DNA of 64,000 nucleotides from Armatimonadota bacterium (GTDB taxonomy: Bacteria; Armatimonadota; SYMT01). Both the position numbers and the translations under genes were made by a program. Shown one piece after another: positions 39,352 through 49,024 of this stretch (the first letter of the stretch is position 1; every line of letters begins with the position of its first letter). Location of the stretch: the NCBI GenBank assembly GCA_046292385.1, contig JBKBRF010000033.1, positions 1 through 64,000 of the forward strand, written 5' to 3'. Below the pieces are notes generated by a model, which was given only the letters and a program-made list of their open reading frames with translations, was not told the DNA's origin and searched no databases.

Positions 39352-40647
39352 ATGCTGGTCGATTTCACCGTAGCGAACTTCCGCTCCATCAAAGAGCCGG
39401 TCACCCTCTCCGCCATCGCGACCGGCCGGAGCACCGGGAGCGGCAAGAGCGGCGCCGCGTCAGCCCGCTACCTGACGGACGAGCAGATTGCCCCCGCTCG
39501 CCCTGTCGAGGGGCACGGCGTCTCGCTGCTCCCCGCCCTCGCCATTTTCGGCGCCAACGCCTCCGGGAAGAGCAACGTAATCCGTGCACTCTCGGAGCTG
39601 CTACTCCTCGCCTCCGGCAGGAGAGACTCGGATCGCGATGCGTTAAGGGGGATCGTGCCGTTCAAGCTAGACGCGCCTACCCGAAAAGCGCCTACCGAGT
39701 TCCAGATTCGAGTAGCGGCGGGCGAAGCCGTCTTCACTTACGAGATCCACGTTGATGCGTCCCGCGTCTGGAAGGAGCAGCTCGATTACGCCCTCAAGCC
39801 GCCGCGTCGCTCCAGGCTACTCTATCGTCGGCAGTGGCTTCCGGAGCGGGAGCAATACCGCTGGAAGAACGGCGAGGACTTTCTGGGAGCGCATACGCAG
39901 CTCCAGGAAGCACTGCGCCCGCAGCAACCGTACCTGGGCTTGTTGGTTAAGCAGCTTCAGGTCGAAGTAGTAGAGCCGCTCCGTGACTGGCTCTTCTCCA
40001 CAGGTCCGTGCTGGTGCCCTGAAGACGAGGCGGCGCTCCTTCGCTGGACCACCTACAACGCGAGTGAGCATCCGGAGTTTCTCGTGAGCCTGAATCAACT
40101 CGTCCGGTCAAGTGACACCGGCATTGACCGCGTGGGGCTCCAGCCTCGAAAGAGGGTCGTTGGCCCGGACGGATGGGAAGATCTCGAGTTGATCGTGACG
40201 CGCTCGGGAAACGATGGGTTGGTTTCCTGGGGCATGTCCGAGGAGTCAGCGGGAACGCAGCGCCTCGTCGCGCTCTCGTACGCGTTGCTCCTCTCGTTGA
40301 GACACGGTGGCGTGTGCCTGATCGATGAGCTCGACGCCAGCCTACATCCCCACCTCGCTCGGCGGATCGTGCGGATGTTCCAGGATCCCGCCACCAACCC
40401 GAACGGAGCGCAGCTCGTTTTCACCAGTCATGACGCCACCCTGCACGACGGCGAGACGCTGCGGCGGGACCAGACCTGGTTCACGCAGAAGCGAGAGGAC
40501 GGCTCGACCGAGCTCTACTCCTTGAGCGACTTCAAGGTGCGGCGGGACCTGGCGATTGAGCGGGCCTATCTCGACGGTCGATTTGGCGCCGTTCCCGTAC
40601 TACCACCCATCACGCAGATGCTCTCGGAGCCGGAGAAGGCCGCGTGA
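39352..40647 (+). CDS. rloA: RloA/AbiLi-like AAA_21 ATPase
   Basis: MLVDFTVANFRSIKE, IFGANASGKSN, ESAGTQRL, LIDELDASLHP, QLVFTSHD, RRDQTWF, YLDGRFGAVP. Confidence 0.9.
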   Translation: MLVDFTVANFRSIKEPVTLSAIATGRSTGSGKSGAASARYLTDEQIAPARPVEGHGVSLLPALAIFGANASGKSNVIRALSELLLLASGRRDSDRDALRGIVPFKLDAPTRKAPTEFQIRVAAGEAVFTYEIHVDASRVWKEQLDYALKPPRRSRLLYRRQWLPEREQYRWKNGEDFLGAHTQLQEALRPQQPYLGLLVKQLQVEVVEPLRDWLFSTGPCWCPEDEAALLRWTTYNASEHPEFLVSLNQLVRSSDTGIDRVGLQPRKRVVGPDGWEDLELIVTRSGNDGLVSWGMSEESAGTQRLVALSYALLLSLRHGGVCLIDELDASLHPHLARRIVRMFQDPATNPNGAQLVFTSHDATLHDGETLRRDQTWFTQKREDGSTELYSLSDFKVRRDLAIERAYLDGRFGAVPVLPPITQMLSEPEKAA

Positions 40648-41079
40648 GCCCGAGTCGGAGCCTGCAGCGCCCGTCAGGACATCGGACCTATGGGACTCGG
40701 GTGCTGATTGCCTGTGAGGGTGCGAGTGAAAACGGCTCTCGCGGGAGGATCACGGTCGGTTGGCACCCTGGCGCGGCCTAACCCCCCAGCCCCCTTCCCT
40801 GAAGTGGAAGGGGGAGCTACAGCATCACACCCATAGCTCCCCTCTCCTCTCAGGAGAGGGGCCGGGGGTGAGGCCGCGAATGAAGTAGCGCTCACCGTGT
40901 TTTCGCCCATCCCGGGTGCCCGCAGCCGCATCGGCAACTCTGTGAGCCAAGCCATCCGCCGCGCGGAGGCGCTGGCAGTCCGCGTCGCGGAGGTGGGGGA
41001 CGATCCCCATCTCAACCCCACTACCGGCGTCGGCAGGCTGGTGGTCCACCTTCGCGAGCTGAGGTCCTCGCGCCCGTAA
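40644..41079 (+). pseudogene. rloB: Disrupted rloB: N-terminal fragment 40644-40781 and C-terminal fragment to 41079
   Basis: GTGA overlap with rloA; RVLIACEG motif then a stop; downstream fragment AIRRAEAL...NPTTGVGRLVVHL; central part absent. Confidence 0.7.
40774..40877. repeat. Inverted REP doublet (CCCCCnGCCCC(T/C)T(T/C)CC...GGAGAGGGG type)
   Basis: ggcctaaccccccagcccccttccc..ggaagggggagcta / tagctcccctctcc..ggagaggggccgggggtgaggcc. Confidence 0.75.
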
Positions 41080-41132
41080 ACTGCCGCGGCGGACCGAGGT
41101 CGTTCGAGAGTGGACGCCGAACGGGGCGCCGT

Positions 41133-41666
41133 ATGCTGACGATCCGCCCTGCCCGGTGGCCGGACGATGCCGCCGCGCTCGCCGGTCTGGATACCTCGTT
41201 CACGACCGAGCGGATCTACCGGGTGGTCTGCGAGGAGCTCGGGTTCACGCTGGTGGAGGAGCCCGTCGACCCGCCACTGTGGAAGAGCTACGGGCCGATC
41301 TCCCCGCCGGAGCCCTCGGCAGTGCCGCCGATCGCCCTGGTCGCGGAGTTGGATGACCGCGTCGCCGGCTATGCGGTGGTGGAATTCTCGGAGTGGAACC
41401 GGCGGCTCCAGGTGTCTCACCTCTACGTGGCGCCGGAATGCCGTGGGCGCGGGGTGGGGACGGCGCTGCTGGCGAAGCTGGAGTGGTTCGGACGCACGTT
41501 CGGCGCCCGGTGCCTCTGGGTGGAGACGCAGAACGTGAACCTTCCGGCGGTCGAGTTCTACCTCCGCCGCGGCTTCCGGCTCTGCGGGCTCGACACCTCC
41601 CTCTACGACCCGGCGGAGCCCGGCAGCGGCGAAGTGGCGCTCTTTCTCTCCCGCGATCTCTCCTGA
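41133..41666 (+). CDS. GNAT acetyltransferase, Nat1/Sat streptothricin N-acetyltransferase-like
   Basis: LDTSFTTERIYRV, GFTLVEEPVDPPL, WNRRL, RGRGVG, ETQNVNLPA, GFRLCGLDTSLYD. Confidence 0.8.
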   Translation: MLTIRPARWPDDAAALAGLDTSFTTERIYRVVCEELGFTLVEEPVDPPLWKSYGPISPPEPSAVPPIALVAELDDRVAGYAVVEFSEWNRRLQVSHLYVAPECRGRGVGTALLAKLEWFGRTFGARCLWVETQNVNLPAVEFYLRRGFRLCGLDTSLYDPAEPGSGEVALFLSRDLS

Positions 41667-43801
41667 TGGAATATCCGATGACCGACCTCTCGCGAACCGC
41701 CCTCCCGGCCCGTGCCCTGGCCGTGCTCCTCGGCATGCTGGCGCTGGGCGCCGTCTCCGGTGGGGTCTCCCACGGCGCCGGCGCGGCGGAGACAACCCCG
41801 ATCCACCCGAACCTGCGCTACTACGAGCCCCCGCCGCGCACTCCCAGGAAGGAGACGCTGGACGTCGACCTCTGCGTCTACGGCGGTACCTCCGCCGGGG
41901 TGGCGGCGGCGGTGCAGGCGGCGCGCGACGGGCACACCGTGGTGCTGGTCGCGCCGGAGGCGAACCTCGGCGGGCTCAGCAGCGGCGGGCTCACCTGGAC
42001 CGACTTCGGCAACAAGAGCGCGATCGGCGGCCTCTCGCGGGAGTTCTACCGCCGCGTGGGGCAGAAGTACGGTGCCGAGGTGGAGTGGACCTTCGAGCCG
42101 AAGGTCGCGGAGCAGGTCTTCCAGGAGTGGATCGCGGAGGCGAAGGTCCCGGTCCGCTACCGCCACTTCCTGAAGGGGGTGAAGAAGGACGGCCGCCGCC
42201 TGATCTCGCTCACCACCGAGCGGGGACTCACGGTGAACGCGCGGATCTTCATCGACGCCACCTACGAGGGCGACCTGCTGGCGCGCGCGGGGGTGCGCTA
42301 CACCGTCGGGCGGGAGTCGAACGCCACCTACGGCGAGACGCTGAACGGCGTGCAGGTGCGGGACAAGCACCAGTTCGAGCACGCCGTCTCCCCGTACGTG
42401 GTGGAGGGCGACCCGAAGAGCGGGCTGCTCCCCGGCATCGAGCCGGGCCCGGTGGCGCCGGCCGGCTCGGGCGACCACCGCGTGCAGGCGTACAACTTCC
42501 GCCTCACCCTCACGAAGGACCCCGCCAACCGGATCCCGTTCCCCAAGCCGGCGGGCTACGACCCGCGCGAGTACGTCCTGCTCTCCCGCTACCTGCAGCG
42601 CGACACGCAGTTCGTCTTCGGCAAGTTCGATCCGCTGCGCGGGGGGAAGGTCGACAAGAACAACCACGGCGCGATCTCGACCGACTACATCGGCCAGAAC
42701 TACGGCTGGCCGGACGGCAGCTACCGGGAGCGGGAGAAGATCTTCCAGCGGCACGTGGTCTACCAGCAGGGGCTGATGTGGTTCCTCGCCAACGACCCGA
42801 GCGTCCCAGCCGAGGTGCGAAGCCGGATGAGCGAGTGGGGCCTGCCGAAGGACGAGTTCACCCGCACCAGCGGCTGGCCGCACCAGCTCTACATCCGCGA
42901 GGCGCGCCGCATGCTCGGCGACTACGTGATGACGGAGCACGACTGCCGCGGCAAGCGAAAGGTCGACGACTCGGTCGGCCTCGGCTCCTACGGCATGGAC
43001 TCCCACAACTGCCAGCGGGTGGTGATCGACGGCCGCGTGATGAACGAGGGCGACGTGCAGGTCGGCGGCTTCTCTCCGTACCCGGTCTCCTACCGCGCCA
43101 TCGTGCCGAAGCGGGCGGAGTGCGAGAACCTGCTGGTGCCGGTCTGCGTCAGCTCCTCCCACATCGCCTACGGCTCGATCCGAATGGAGCCGGTCTTCAT
43201 GGTACTGGCGCAGTCGGCGGCGGTCGCGGCCGACATGGCGCTCGACGGCGACGGCGTGGTCCAGAACGTGCCGGTGCCCAGCCTGCAGGAGCGTCTCCGG
43301 GAGCTGGGGCAGGTGCTCGAATGGACCGGCACCGCCGCGGCGAACGGCTCCGCCCCGCTCATCGCGCCGGGCTCGCTCCCCGGAGTGGTGCTGGATGACG
43401 TGGACGGCCAACGCTCCGGCACCTGGGCCGTCTCGACCCGCTCCGTGGAGCGGCGAGTCGGGACCGGCTACCTCCACGACAACGACACCCGCGACGGCCG
43501 CTCGCAGATCCGCTTCACGCCGGAGATCCCCGCCGCCGGCGAGTACGAGCTGCTGATACTCGCCCCGCCCCACCCGAACCGCGCCACCAACGCGCCGGTG
43601 GAGATCGCCATCGGCAAGGAAGACCCGATCCGCGTCCGCGTCGACCTCCGCGGCCCGCAGGGCAGCGGCTTCCGCCCCGTCGGGCGCTTCCTGCTCCCCG
43701 CGGGCCGCCAGACCACCATCACCGTCTCCAACGGCGGCACCGACGGCTACGTGGTTGTCGACGGGGTGCAGCTCCTCCGGCACTCGGTGGAGGTCCCGTA
43801 G
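41666..43801 (+). CDS. Secreted FAD-dependent oxidoreductase with a C-terminal golvesin/xanthan-lyase-like CBM domain
   Basis: VYGGTSAGVAAA, IDATYEGDL, VQAYNFR, YIREARRM, SHIAYGSIRMEP, VVVDGV. Confidence 0.88.
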   Translation: MEYPMTDLSRTALPARALAVLLGMLALGAVSGGVSHGAGAAETTPIHPNLRYYEPPPRTPRKETLDVDLCVYGGTSAGVAAAVQAARDGHTVVLVAPEANLGGLSSGGLTWTDFGNKSAIGGLSREFYRRVGQKYGAEVEWTFEPKVAEQVFQEWIAEAKVPVRYRHFLKGVKKDGRRLISLTTERGLTVNARIFIDATYEGDLLARAGVRYTVGRESNATYGETLNGVQVRDKHQFEHAVSPYVVEGDPKSGLLPGIEPGPVAPAGSGDHRVQAYNFRLTLTKDPANRIPFPKPAGYDPREYVLLSRYLQRDTQFVFGKFDPLRGGKVDKNNHGAISTDYIGQNYGWPDGSYREREKIFQRHVVYQQGLMWFLANDPSVPAEVRSRMSEWGLPKDEFTRTSGWPHQLYIREARRMLGDYVMTEHDCRGKRKVDDSVGLGSYGMDSHNCQRVVIDGRVMNEGDVQVGGFSPYPVSYRAIVPKRAECENLLVPVCVSSSHIAYGSIRMEPVFMVLAQSAAVAADMALDGDGVVQNVPVPSLQERLRELGQVLEWTGTAAANGSAPLIAPGSLPGVVLDDVDGQRSGTWAVSTRSVERRVGTGYLHDNDTRDGRSQIRFTPEIPAAGEYELLILAPPHPNRATNAPVEIAIGKEDPIRVRVDLRGPQGSGFRPVGRFLLPAGRQTTITVSNGGTDGYVVVDGVQLLRHSVEVP

Positions 43802-43814
43802 GTGCCGGGCCGTG

Positions 43815-44378
43815 TCAAGCGTCAGCAGCCGCGTGGTCTGTCGATGGCTCAAAGCCCGCGGAGGCCATCTGCTGGACTACCGGCTCGATCGGGGTGGGGT
43901 CCGTGAAGTAGAGCGTGGTGAAGTCGTCGTCGTCGGTCCGGAGCAGCGCGCGGCCGTGATCCGGCACCACCCAGAGGTCGTAGTAGCCGCTCCAGCCGAA
44001 GGCGATCTGCGCCGTCACGAGCAGCGTCAGGGCGGGCCGCTCGTCGGCGGTGAACCGCAGCGCGCCTTCGAAGTCCGCCGGGATACCGAGGCTCCGCAGC
44101 ACCGGCTCCAGCCCTTCGTTCTCGCCCTGGTCCCACCACTTCCCCTCGCGCTTGAGGACCCAGCAGTAGTCGAAGGGCGAGAGCGTGTCGAGGAGCGCGG
44201 TGACGAACGCGAGGAGCGTCTTCGTCTCGTAGGGAGTCGACCACTCGCGACTCTCCGTCGTGCCGGAGCGCGAGGTGAGCTCCAGCGAGAAATGGCCCTC
44301 AGACCACTCGCGGTTCTCGGCCTGAATCGGCGAGTCCGCGCACCAATCGTGAAACGTCTCGAGCGACGCAAGCTGCAT
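43815..44378 (-). CDS. Hypothetical protein
   Basis: ATG at 44378; protein-like composition; follows a co-oriented gene. Confidence 0.65.
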   Translation of the reverse strand: MQLASLETFHDWCADSPIQAENREWSEGHFSLELTSRSGTTESREWSTPYETKTLLAFVTALLDTLSPFDYCWVLKREGKWWDQGENEGLEPVLRSLGIPADFEGALRFTADERPALTLLVTAQIAFGWSGYYDLWVVPDHGRALLRTDDDDFTTLYFTDPTPIEPVVQQMASAGFEPSTDHAAADA

Positions 44379-44407
44379 TCTCGGGTCTCGGTCGGAGGAC
44401 GATGGCG

Positions 44408-44959
44408 TCACCGTCGGGCGGAACGGAGTGCCTCCGCGGCGAGGTTGCGCACGGCGCGGGTGGCTCCGGTGGCGGCGAGGCGCTCCAGTTGGGCGGTTGA
44501 AAGGGGGTGGATCCGCAGCAACTCGCGCTGCGCGCCGCCGTCCCCAGAGGAGAAGATCCGGTCGAAGGTCGCTTCCGTCAGGCCGGTCCGGAGCTCGGCG
44601 TAGAGCCGGAGACGGCTGACCAGGCGCACGAGGTCGGACTCTCCGGAGGCGAACGCGCGCTCCCGCATCTCGTCCGGGCACTCGCTGAGTTTCAGGATGT
44701 CATGCATCATCGCCCGGCCCATCGCGGGGTCGGGATCCTCGCCGCCGAGCGAATAGAGCGCTTCGCACTGGTCCGGGTCGATCGGCCGGCTCCCGGAGAG
44801 ATACTCGCGGAAGGCGTAGTACCGGTAGTGCTCCGGGTGCGGGTCTTCCCCGCGCTCGAAGATCCGCCCCAGCTCCGCGAGCCGGTCCGGCGTCACCACC
44901 CCCAGCTCGCTCCAGCGGCTCGTGAACCCGAGGATCTCGGTGTAATCTCGACTATTCAT
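44408..44959 (-). CDS. Hypothetical alpha-helical (HEAT/LRV-like) protein
   Basis: 8-bp overlap with the upstream gene; helical repeat-like C-terminus. Confidence 0.7.
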   Translation of the reverse strand: MNSRDYTEILGFTSRWSELGVVTPDRLAELGRIFERGEDPHPEHYRYYAFREYLSGSRPIDPDQCEALYSLGGEDPDPAMGRAMMHDILKLSECPDEMRERAFASGESDLVRLVSRLRLYAELRTGLTEATFDRIFSSGDGGAQRELLRIHPLSTAQLERLAATGATRAVRNLAAEALRSARR

Positions 44960-45923
44960 TGAAGAGCTGCTCCAGGTATTCGCGGGCCTCGAAGGCCAAC
45001 TCGACTAGCGGTAGCCATTCCTCCGGGCCGCTGCACCACCAGGTCCACTCCGATTGGTGCGGCCAATGTCCGAGGGTAAGCCGGTAGGTCGTTCCGTCCT
45101 TACCGCCGCCGAGCTCGGGCACGTAGGCGGGTATCCGGATCTTCTGCAACTCCAGCAACAGGCTCTCGGCCCACGCGCCGTCGAGTGGCACCTCGTCTTG
45201 AACCAGAGATGCGGTCCAGCCCTGCTCCTCCACCGGAAGCCGCACCCGTTCCCGGAACGAAAGCTCGGTGCCGTACGTCCACGACACGTACTGCGCGAAG
45301 TAGGCGGTGATCTCTCCCGGGGAGCGGCGCCCGACAATCCGCCAGCTCGAGGCAGGCTCGAACGGGGGCTTCTCGAATAGCCGCAGGTAGAGGGTGCCGT
45401 CGACTTCGGCAGTCTCCTCCTCAACCTGTAGATTGAGCTCCGCCTCCTGCTTAACGTTCAACTGCGGAGAGATGGCGTCCAGATCCGGAATCTCGATCAG
45501 CTCGACGCTCGCCGCCAGCATCCGCTCCACGACCGCGTCGCGGACAGGGTCTTCGTAGATCGGATAGACCTCTCCCTCTTCGTCGTAGATCAGGTTCCGC
45601 GGGGACCCGTCCGGCGGTTGGAAGCGGATCACCAAAAACCGATCCGCTCGGCCGGTCCAGAGATACTTGTAGGGCGCCAGCTTCTGCTGGAGGACCCAGG
45701 CGTCGCCATCGAGGACGGGCACGCCTGCCGCCAGCATCCGCTCCAAGACCAGCGCACAGAGCCTTGCATCCGGCGGGGTGAGGTAGGTTCCGTCCCGATG
45801 GTAGATATCGAGGTATTCGCTTTCGTCCGGCAGCACCACACGCACGAGCACGTGGTTCTGGCGCTCGGAGGTCCACCAGGGGGCGCAGTCCGTGAGCTCT
45901 TCTGGGGGTGGCAGGTCACTCAT
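44952..45923 (-). CDS. Hypothetical protein with an internal tandem duplication
   Basis: ...LVLERMLAAGVPVL / ...AVVERMLAASVELI; 8-bp overlaps with both neighbours. Confidence 0.7.
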   Translation of the reverse strand: MSDLPPPEELTDCAPWWTSERQNHVLVRVVLPDESEYLDIYHRDGTYLTPPDARLCALVLERMLAAGVPVLDGDAWVLQQKLAPYKYLWTGRADRFLVIRFQPPDGSPRNLIYDEEGEVYPIYEDPVRDAVVERMLAASVELIEIPDLDAISPQLNVKQEAELNLQVEEETAEVDGTLYLRLFEKPPFEPASSWRIVGRRSPGEITAYFAQYVSWTYGTELSFRERVRLPVEEQGWTASLVQDEVPLDGAWAESLLLELQKIRIPAYVPELGGGKDGTTYRLTLGHWPHQSEWTWWCSGPEEWLPLVELAFEAREYLEQLFNE

Positions 45924-46854
45924 CGTCTACAGCCGTTTTGAAGCTCAACTCCGCCGCGTCGTTGCTCCGCCGGACGGCGAACCCCGGCAGCTCCATCACC
46001 AGGCCGAAGTGGTATCCACCGCTCCGGTAGCGGAGCAGCCAGAGGGTGCGGGGCGGGCCCGTGTCGATTCGTTCGCCCGCGGCGGCCACGTTCCATTCTA
46101 CGGGGTGGCGGCGACGCTCCACGGTGTCGAAGCGGTGGTAGCGGGGGACGTAGGCGGCGGCCCAGAGGTGAGGATCGCCGGCATAGTCGCCGAGCTGCGG
46201 GCGGAACCGCTGGAGCAGCTCGCCGTAGGTCCGCTCCGGCGGGAGCTTCGCGTGGGATTCGACGTACTTCTCCACGGCGCGGCGGAACTGTCCCTGAAGC
46301 CAGACCTGGCGGTGCGCTCCCACTCGTCCCTCCAGGCCGGGATAGGGGCGCTCCGGCAGCAGCAGGATGGCCAGCCCGAGCGGGACTCCGAGCAGGTGCA
46401 CCGCCACCGAAGCGCCGAATACGCGCCGGAGCGGGAGGCTGCCGGACTTCGACGGCGCTCTTCGCCAGACCAGTGCCTCGACCGTCGCGGAGAGCAGCCC
46501 GAACAGGGTGAAGAGCAGGACGGCGGATCCGAACGGGTTCGGGTTCAGGCGGCTGCCCAGGATGCCGTCCAGACCATAGACGAAGATGCCCGAGAAGAAG
46601 CCGCCCACTCCCGCCGTAAGCAGGTTCGCCGTGAAGGCGCAGCCGAGGGCGCGGAGGGGCGGCACGCGGAGCCAGCGTCCGAGCAGCAGCGCCTCGAAGA
46701 GCAGCGTCGCCGCCACGTAGGCCAGCCAGGGACCCCAGGCGAAGGTCGCGAGCGCGAGGCCCATCGCGCCGTTCGCCCACGCCGGGGAGGCGGCGAGCAG
46801 GAGCGGTGCCGCGGCGAGAGCGATCCGCCCCAGCGGCGGCGATGGTGGCGACAT
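45916..46854 (-). CDS. Hypothetical membrane protein
   Basis: Signal-like N-terminus plus several TM segments. Confidence 0.7.
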   Translation of the reverse strand: MSPPSPPLGRIALAAAPLLLAASPAWANGAMGLALATFAWGPWLAYVAATLLFEALLLGRWLRVPPLRALGCAFTANLLTAGVGGFFSGIFVYGLDGILGSRLNPNPFGSAVLLFTLFGLLSATVEALVWRRAPSKSGSLPLRRVFGASVAVHLLGVPLGLAILLLPERPYPGLEGRVGAHRQVWLQGQFRRAVEKYVESHAKLPPERTYGELLQRFRPQLGDYAGDPHLWAAAYVPRYHRFDTVERRRHPVEWNVAAAGERIDTGPPRTLWLLRYRSGGYHFGLVMELPGFAVRRSNDAAELSFKTAVDDE

Positions 46855-46947
46855 GGACGGCCTCTTTCTCCGGCAGGGGTGCATCTTCACAGAAGGAATG
46901 CTGCCGGACGGGGGATTGGGTGGGCGGATCCGATACGATAGAGTGGA

Positions 46948-47571
46948 ATGCCGAAGCTGGAGCTGCTGGTCAATACGGGGTGGGACCTCTTCCTGGGGGT
47001 GGTGCCGGTGGCGCTCGGCTACCTGCTCGCGTGGGGGGTCGGCCGCACGCGTCCGTGGCTACGCCTCCTCTGGCTGCCGGTGGCGGCGGCCTGGCTCTTC
47101 TTTCTGCCGAACGCGCCGTACCTGCTGACGGAGGTCCGGCACTACCTGAGCGACTACGCCGGCGAGTTTCCGAACTCCGAGCGACAGCGGCAGCGCTTCC
47201 TCTTCTGGACCGGCTTCTACCTGCTCTTCAGCGGCGCCGGCGCCTGGCTCTGGACGCTCTCAGTGAGACCGGTGCTCAAGGGGCTGGGACGCGCCCGGAT
47301 CCCCGGCGCCCTCGTCCTGCCGCTGCTCTCGCTCGCCTCGGCGTTCGGGGTCTACCTCGGCCTGCGGCCCCGCTTCAACAGCTGGGACCTGCTGACGCGT
47401 CCCGCCGAAGTGCTGCGGATCGCGCGGAACGTGCTGCTCTACGAGGAGCTGGCGTGCTGGTACATTCTCGCCTTCGGCGCAGCGCTCTGGCTGCTCTACC
47501 TGGCGATGGATGCCTGGGTCGACGGGATCGCGCTGCGGTTCAAGAAGGATCGCAAGACGGAGCGGAAGTAG
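46948..47571 (+). CDS. DUF1361 membrane protein
   Basis: WLFFLPNAPYLLTE..H, GVYLG..RFNSWD. Confidence 0.88.
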   Translation: MPKLELLVNTGWDLFLGVVPVALGYLLAWGVGRTRPWLRLLWLPVAAAWLFFLPNAPYLLTEVRHYLSDYAGEFPNSERQRQRFLFWTGFYLLFSGAGAWLWTLSVRPVLKGLGRARIPGALVLPLLSLASAFGVYLGLRPRFNSWDLLTRPAEVLRIARNVLLYEELACWYILAFGAALWLLYLAMDAWVDGIALRFKKDRKTERK

Positions 47572-47573
47572 GA

Positions 47574-47790
47574 CGTATTGCGTATTCCGTATTGCGTAGC
47601 GGCTCGTTGATCCCACTGTCCATTACAGCGTGCCGTGCGGAAGGCAGCTCCCGGCGCCCCGCCCGGCACGACGTCTCGTGAAGCGGTCGCGGCGCCTCGC
47701 TACGCAATACGGAATACGCAATACGGCGCCTCTCTGCGCCATACGCAATACTCGATACGGCCACCCCGACGCAGCGGAACACGCCTACGC
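47574..47790. repeat. Family A hairpin element, copy 2 (extended right arm)
   Basis: cgtattgcgtattccgtattgcgtagcgg...gctacgcaatacggaatacgcaatacgg. Confidence 0.8.
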
Positions 47791-47794
47791 TACC

Positions 47795-48952
47795 ATGCGC
47801 ATCGCCCAGTTTACCGAGAGCTACCGGCCTGTCATCAACGGAGCGGCGGTGGCGGTGCGCTTGCTCTCCGAGGAGCTCTCGCGGCGGCACGAGGTGCGCG
47901 TCTTCGCGCCGCGGTATCCCGGGTTCGCCGATGACGAGGCGGTGCTGCGGTTCCCCTCGTACCGGGTGCCGCACCAGCGCGACTACCCCCTGGCGATCCC
48001 CTACTCCCGCCGCCTCCACCGCGCCTTCGCCGGATCGGGGTTCGAGGTGGTGCACACCCACTCGCCCTTCGCGCTGGGGCAGACGGGTCTGCGCTGGGCG
48101 CGGCGGCACGGGGTACCGGTGGTGACGACCTATCACACCATCTACGAAAGCTACGCCCACTACGCGCCGTACTTTCCGAAGGCCTGGGTGGCGTCGTTCC
48201 TGAGGCGGCTCTCCCGGCTCTACTGCGACCGGTGCGACGTGGTGGCGGCGCCGACCGCCCCGATTCGCGACCTGCTGCTGGAGTACGGGGTGCGCACCCC
48301 GATCCACGTAGTGCCGACCGGCCTCCGCTTGCTCCCGCCGGCGCCGCCGGACCCGGCCTTTCCCCGAGGTCGCTACGGCATCCCGCCGGACGCCCCGCTG
48401 GCGCTCTATGCCGGCCGGCTGGCGCGGGAGAAGAACCTGGAGCTGCTCTTCGCGGGGTTTGCCCGGGTCGCGCGGGAGCTCCCCGTCGCCTGGCTCCTGG
48501 TCTGCGGCAGCGGGCCCGTCGAGGCCGAAACGCGGCGCCTGGCGGCGGCGACCGGCGCCGCGGAGCGGATCGTCTTCACCGGGTTCATCCCCCCGGAGCA
48601 GATGCCGCCGGTCTACGCCGCCGCCGACGTCTTCGCCTTCAGCTCCCTCACCGATACGCAGGGGCTGGTGCTGACCGAGGCGAAGGCGGCGGGGCTGCCG
48701 GCGGTCGCGGTCGACGCGTACGGTCCCGGACAGGTGGTGGCGCACGGGGAGGACGGGCTGCTCACCGCTCCCGACGTGGAGGCCTGGAGCGACGCGCTGC
48801 TGCACGTGCTGCGCGACCCGGCCGTGCGGTCACAGATGCGGAAGCGAGCCCTGGAGCGGGCGCGGGACTTCACGATCGAGGCGACCGCCGCCCGCTACGA
48901 GGAGCTCTACGCCGAAGCGAGGGAAAGAGCCGGACGGCGGAAGCGGGACTGA
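47795..48952 (+). CDS. GT4 glycosyltransferase (diacylglycerol glucosyltransferase-like)
   Basis: MRIAQFTESYRPVING, VTTYHT, GRLAREKN, DTQGLVLTEA. Confidence 0.9.
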   Translation: MRIAQFTESYRPVINGAAVAVRLLSEELSRRHEVRVFAPRYPGFADDEAVLRFPSYRVPHQRDYPLAIPYSRRLHRAFAGSGFEVVHTHSPFALGQTGLRWARRHGVPVVTTYHTIYESYAHYAPYFPKAWVASFLRRLSRLYCDRCDVVAAPTAPIRDLLLEYGVRTPIHVVPTGLRLLPPAPPDPAFPRGRYGIPPDAPLALYAGRLAREKNLELLFAGFARVARELPVAWLLVCGSGPVEAETRRLAAATGAAERIVFTGFIPPEQMPPVYAAADVFAFSSLTDTQGLVLTEAKAAGLPAVAVDAYGPGQVVAHGEDGLLTAPDVEAWSDALLHVLRDPAVRSQMRKRALERARDFTIEATAARYEELYAEARERAGRRKRD

Positions 48953-49018
48953 GTGGGAGAGCCGGGGAGTGGAGGAAAACCAGATCCCCCACTCCCCCAC
49001 TCCCCCCTGCGCCCGCTC
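48951..49018. repeat. Family G GAGTGGG/CCCACTC hairpin between convergent genes
   Basis: gagtgggagagccggggagtgg...cccccactcccccactcccccctgcgccc. Confidence 0.6.
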
Positions 49019-49024
49019 CTGCCG

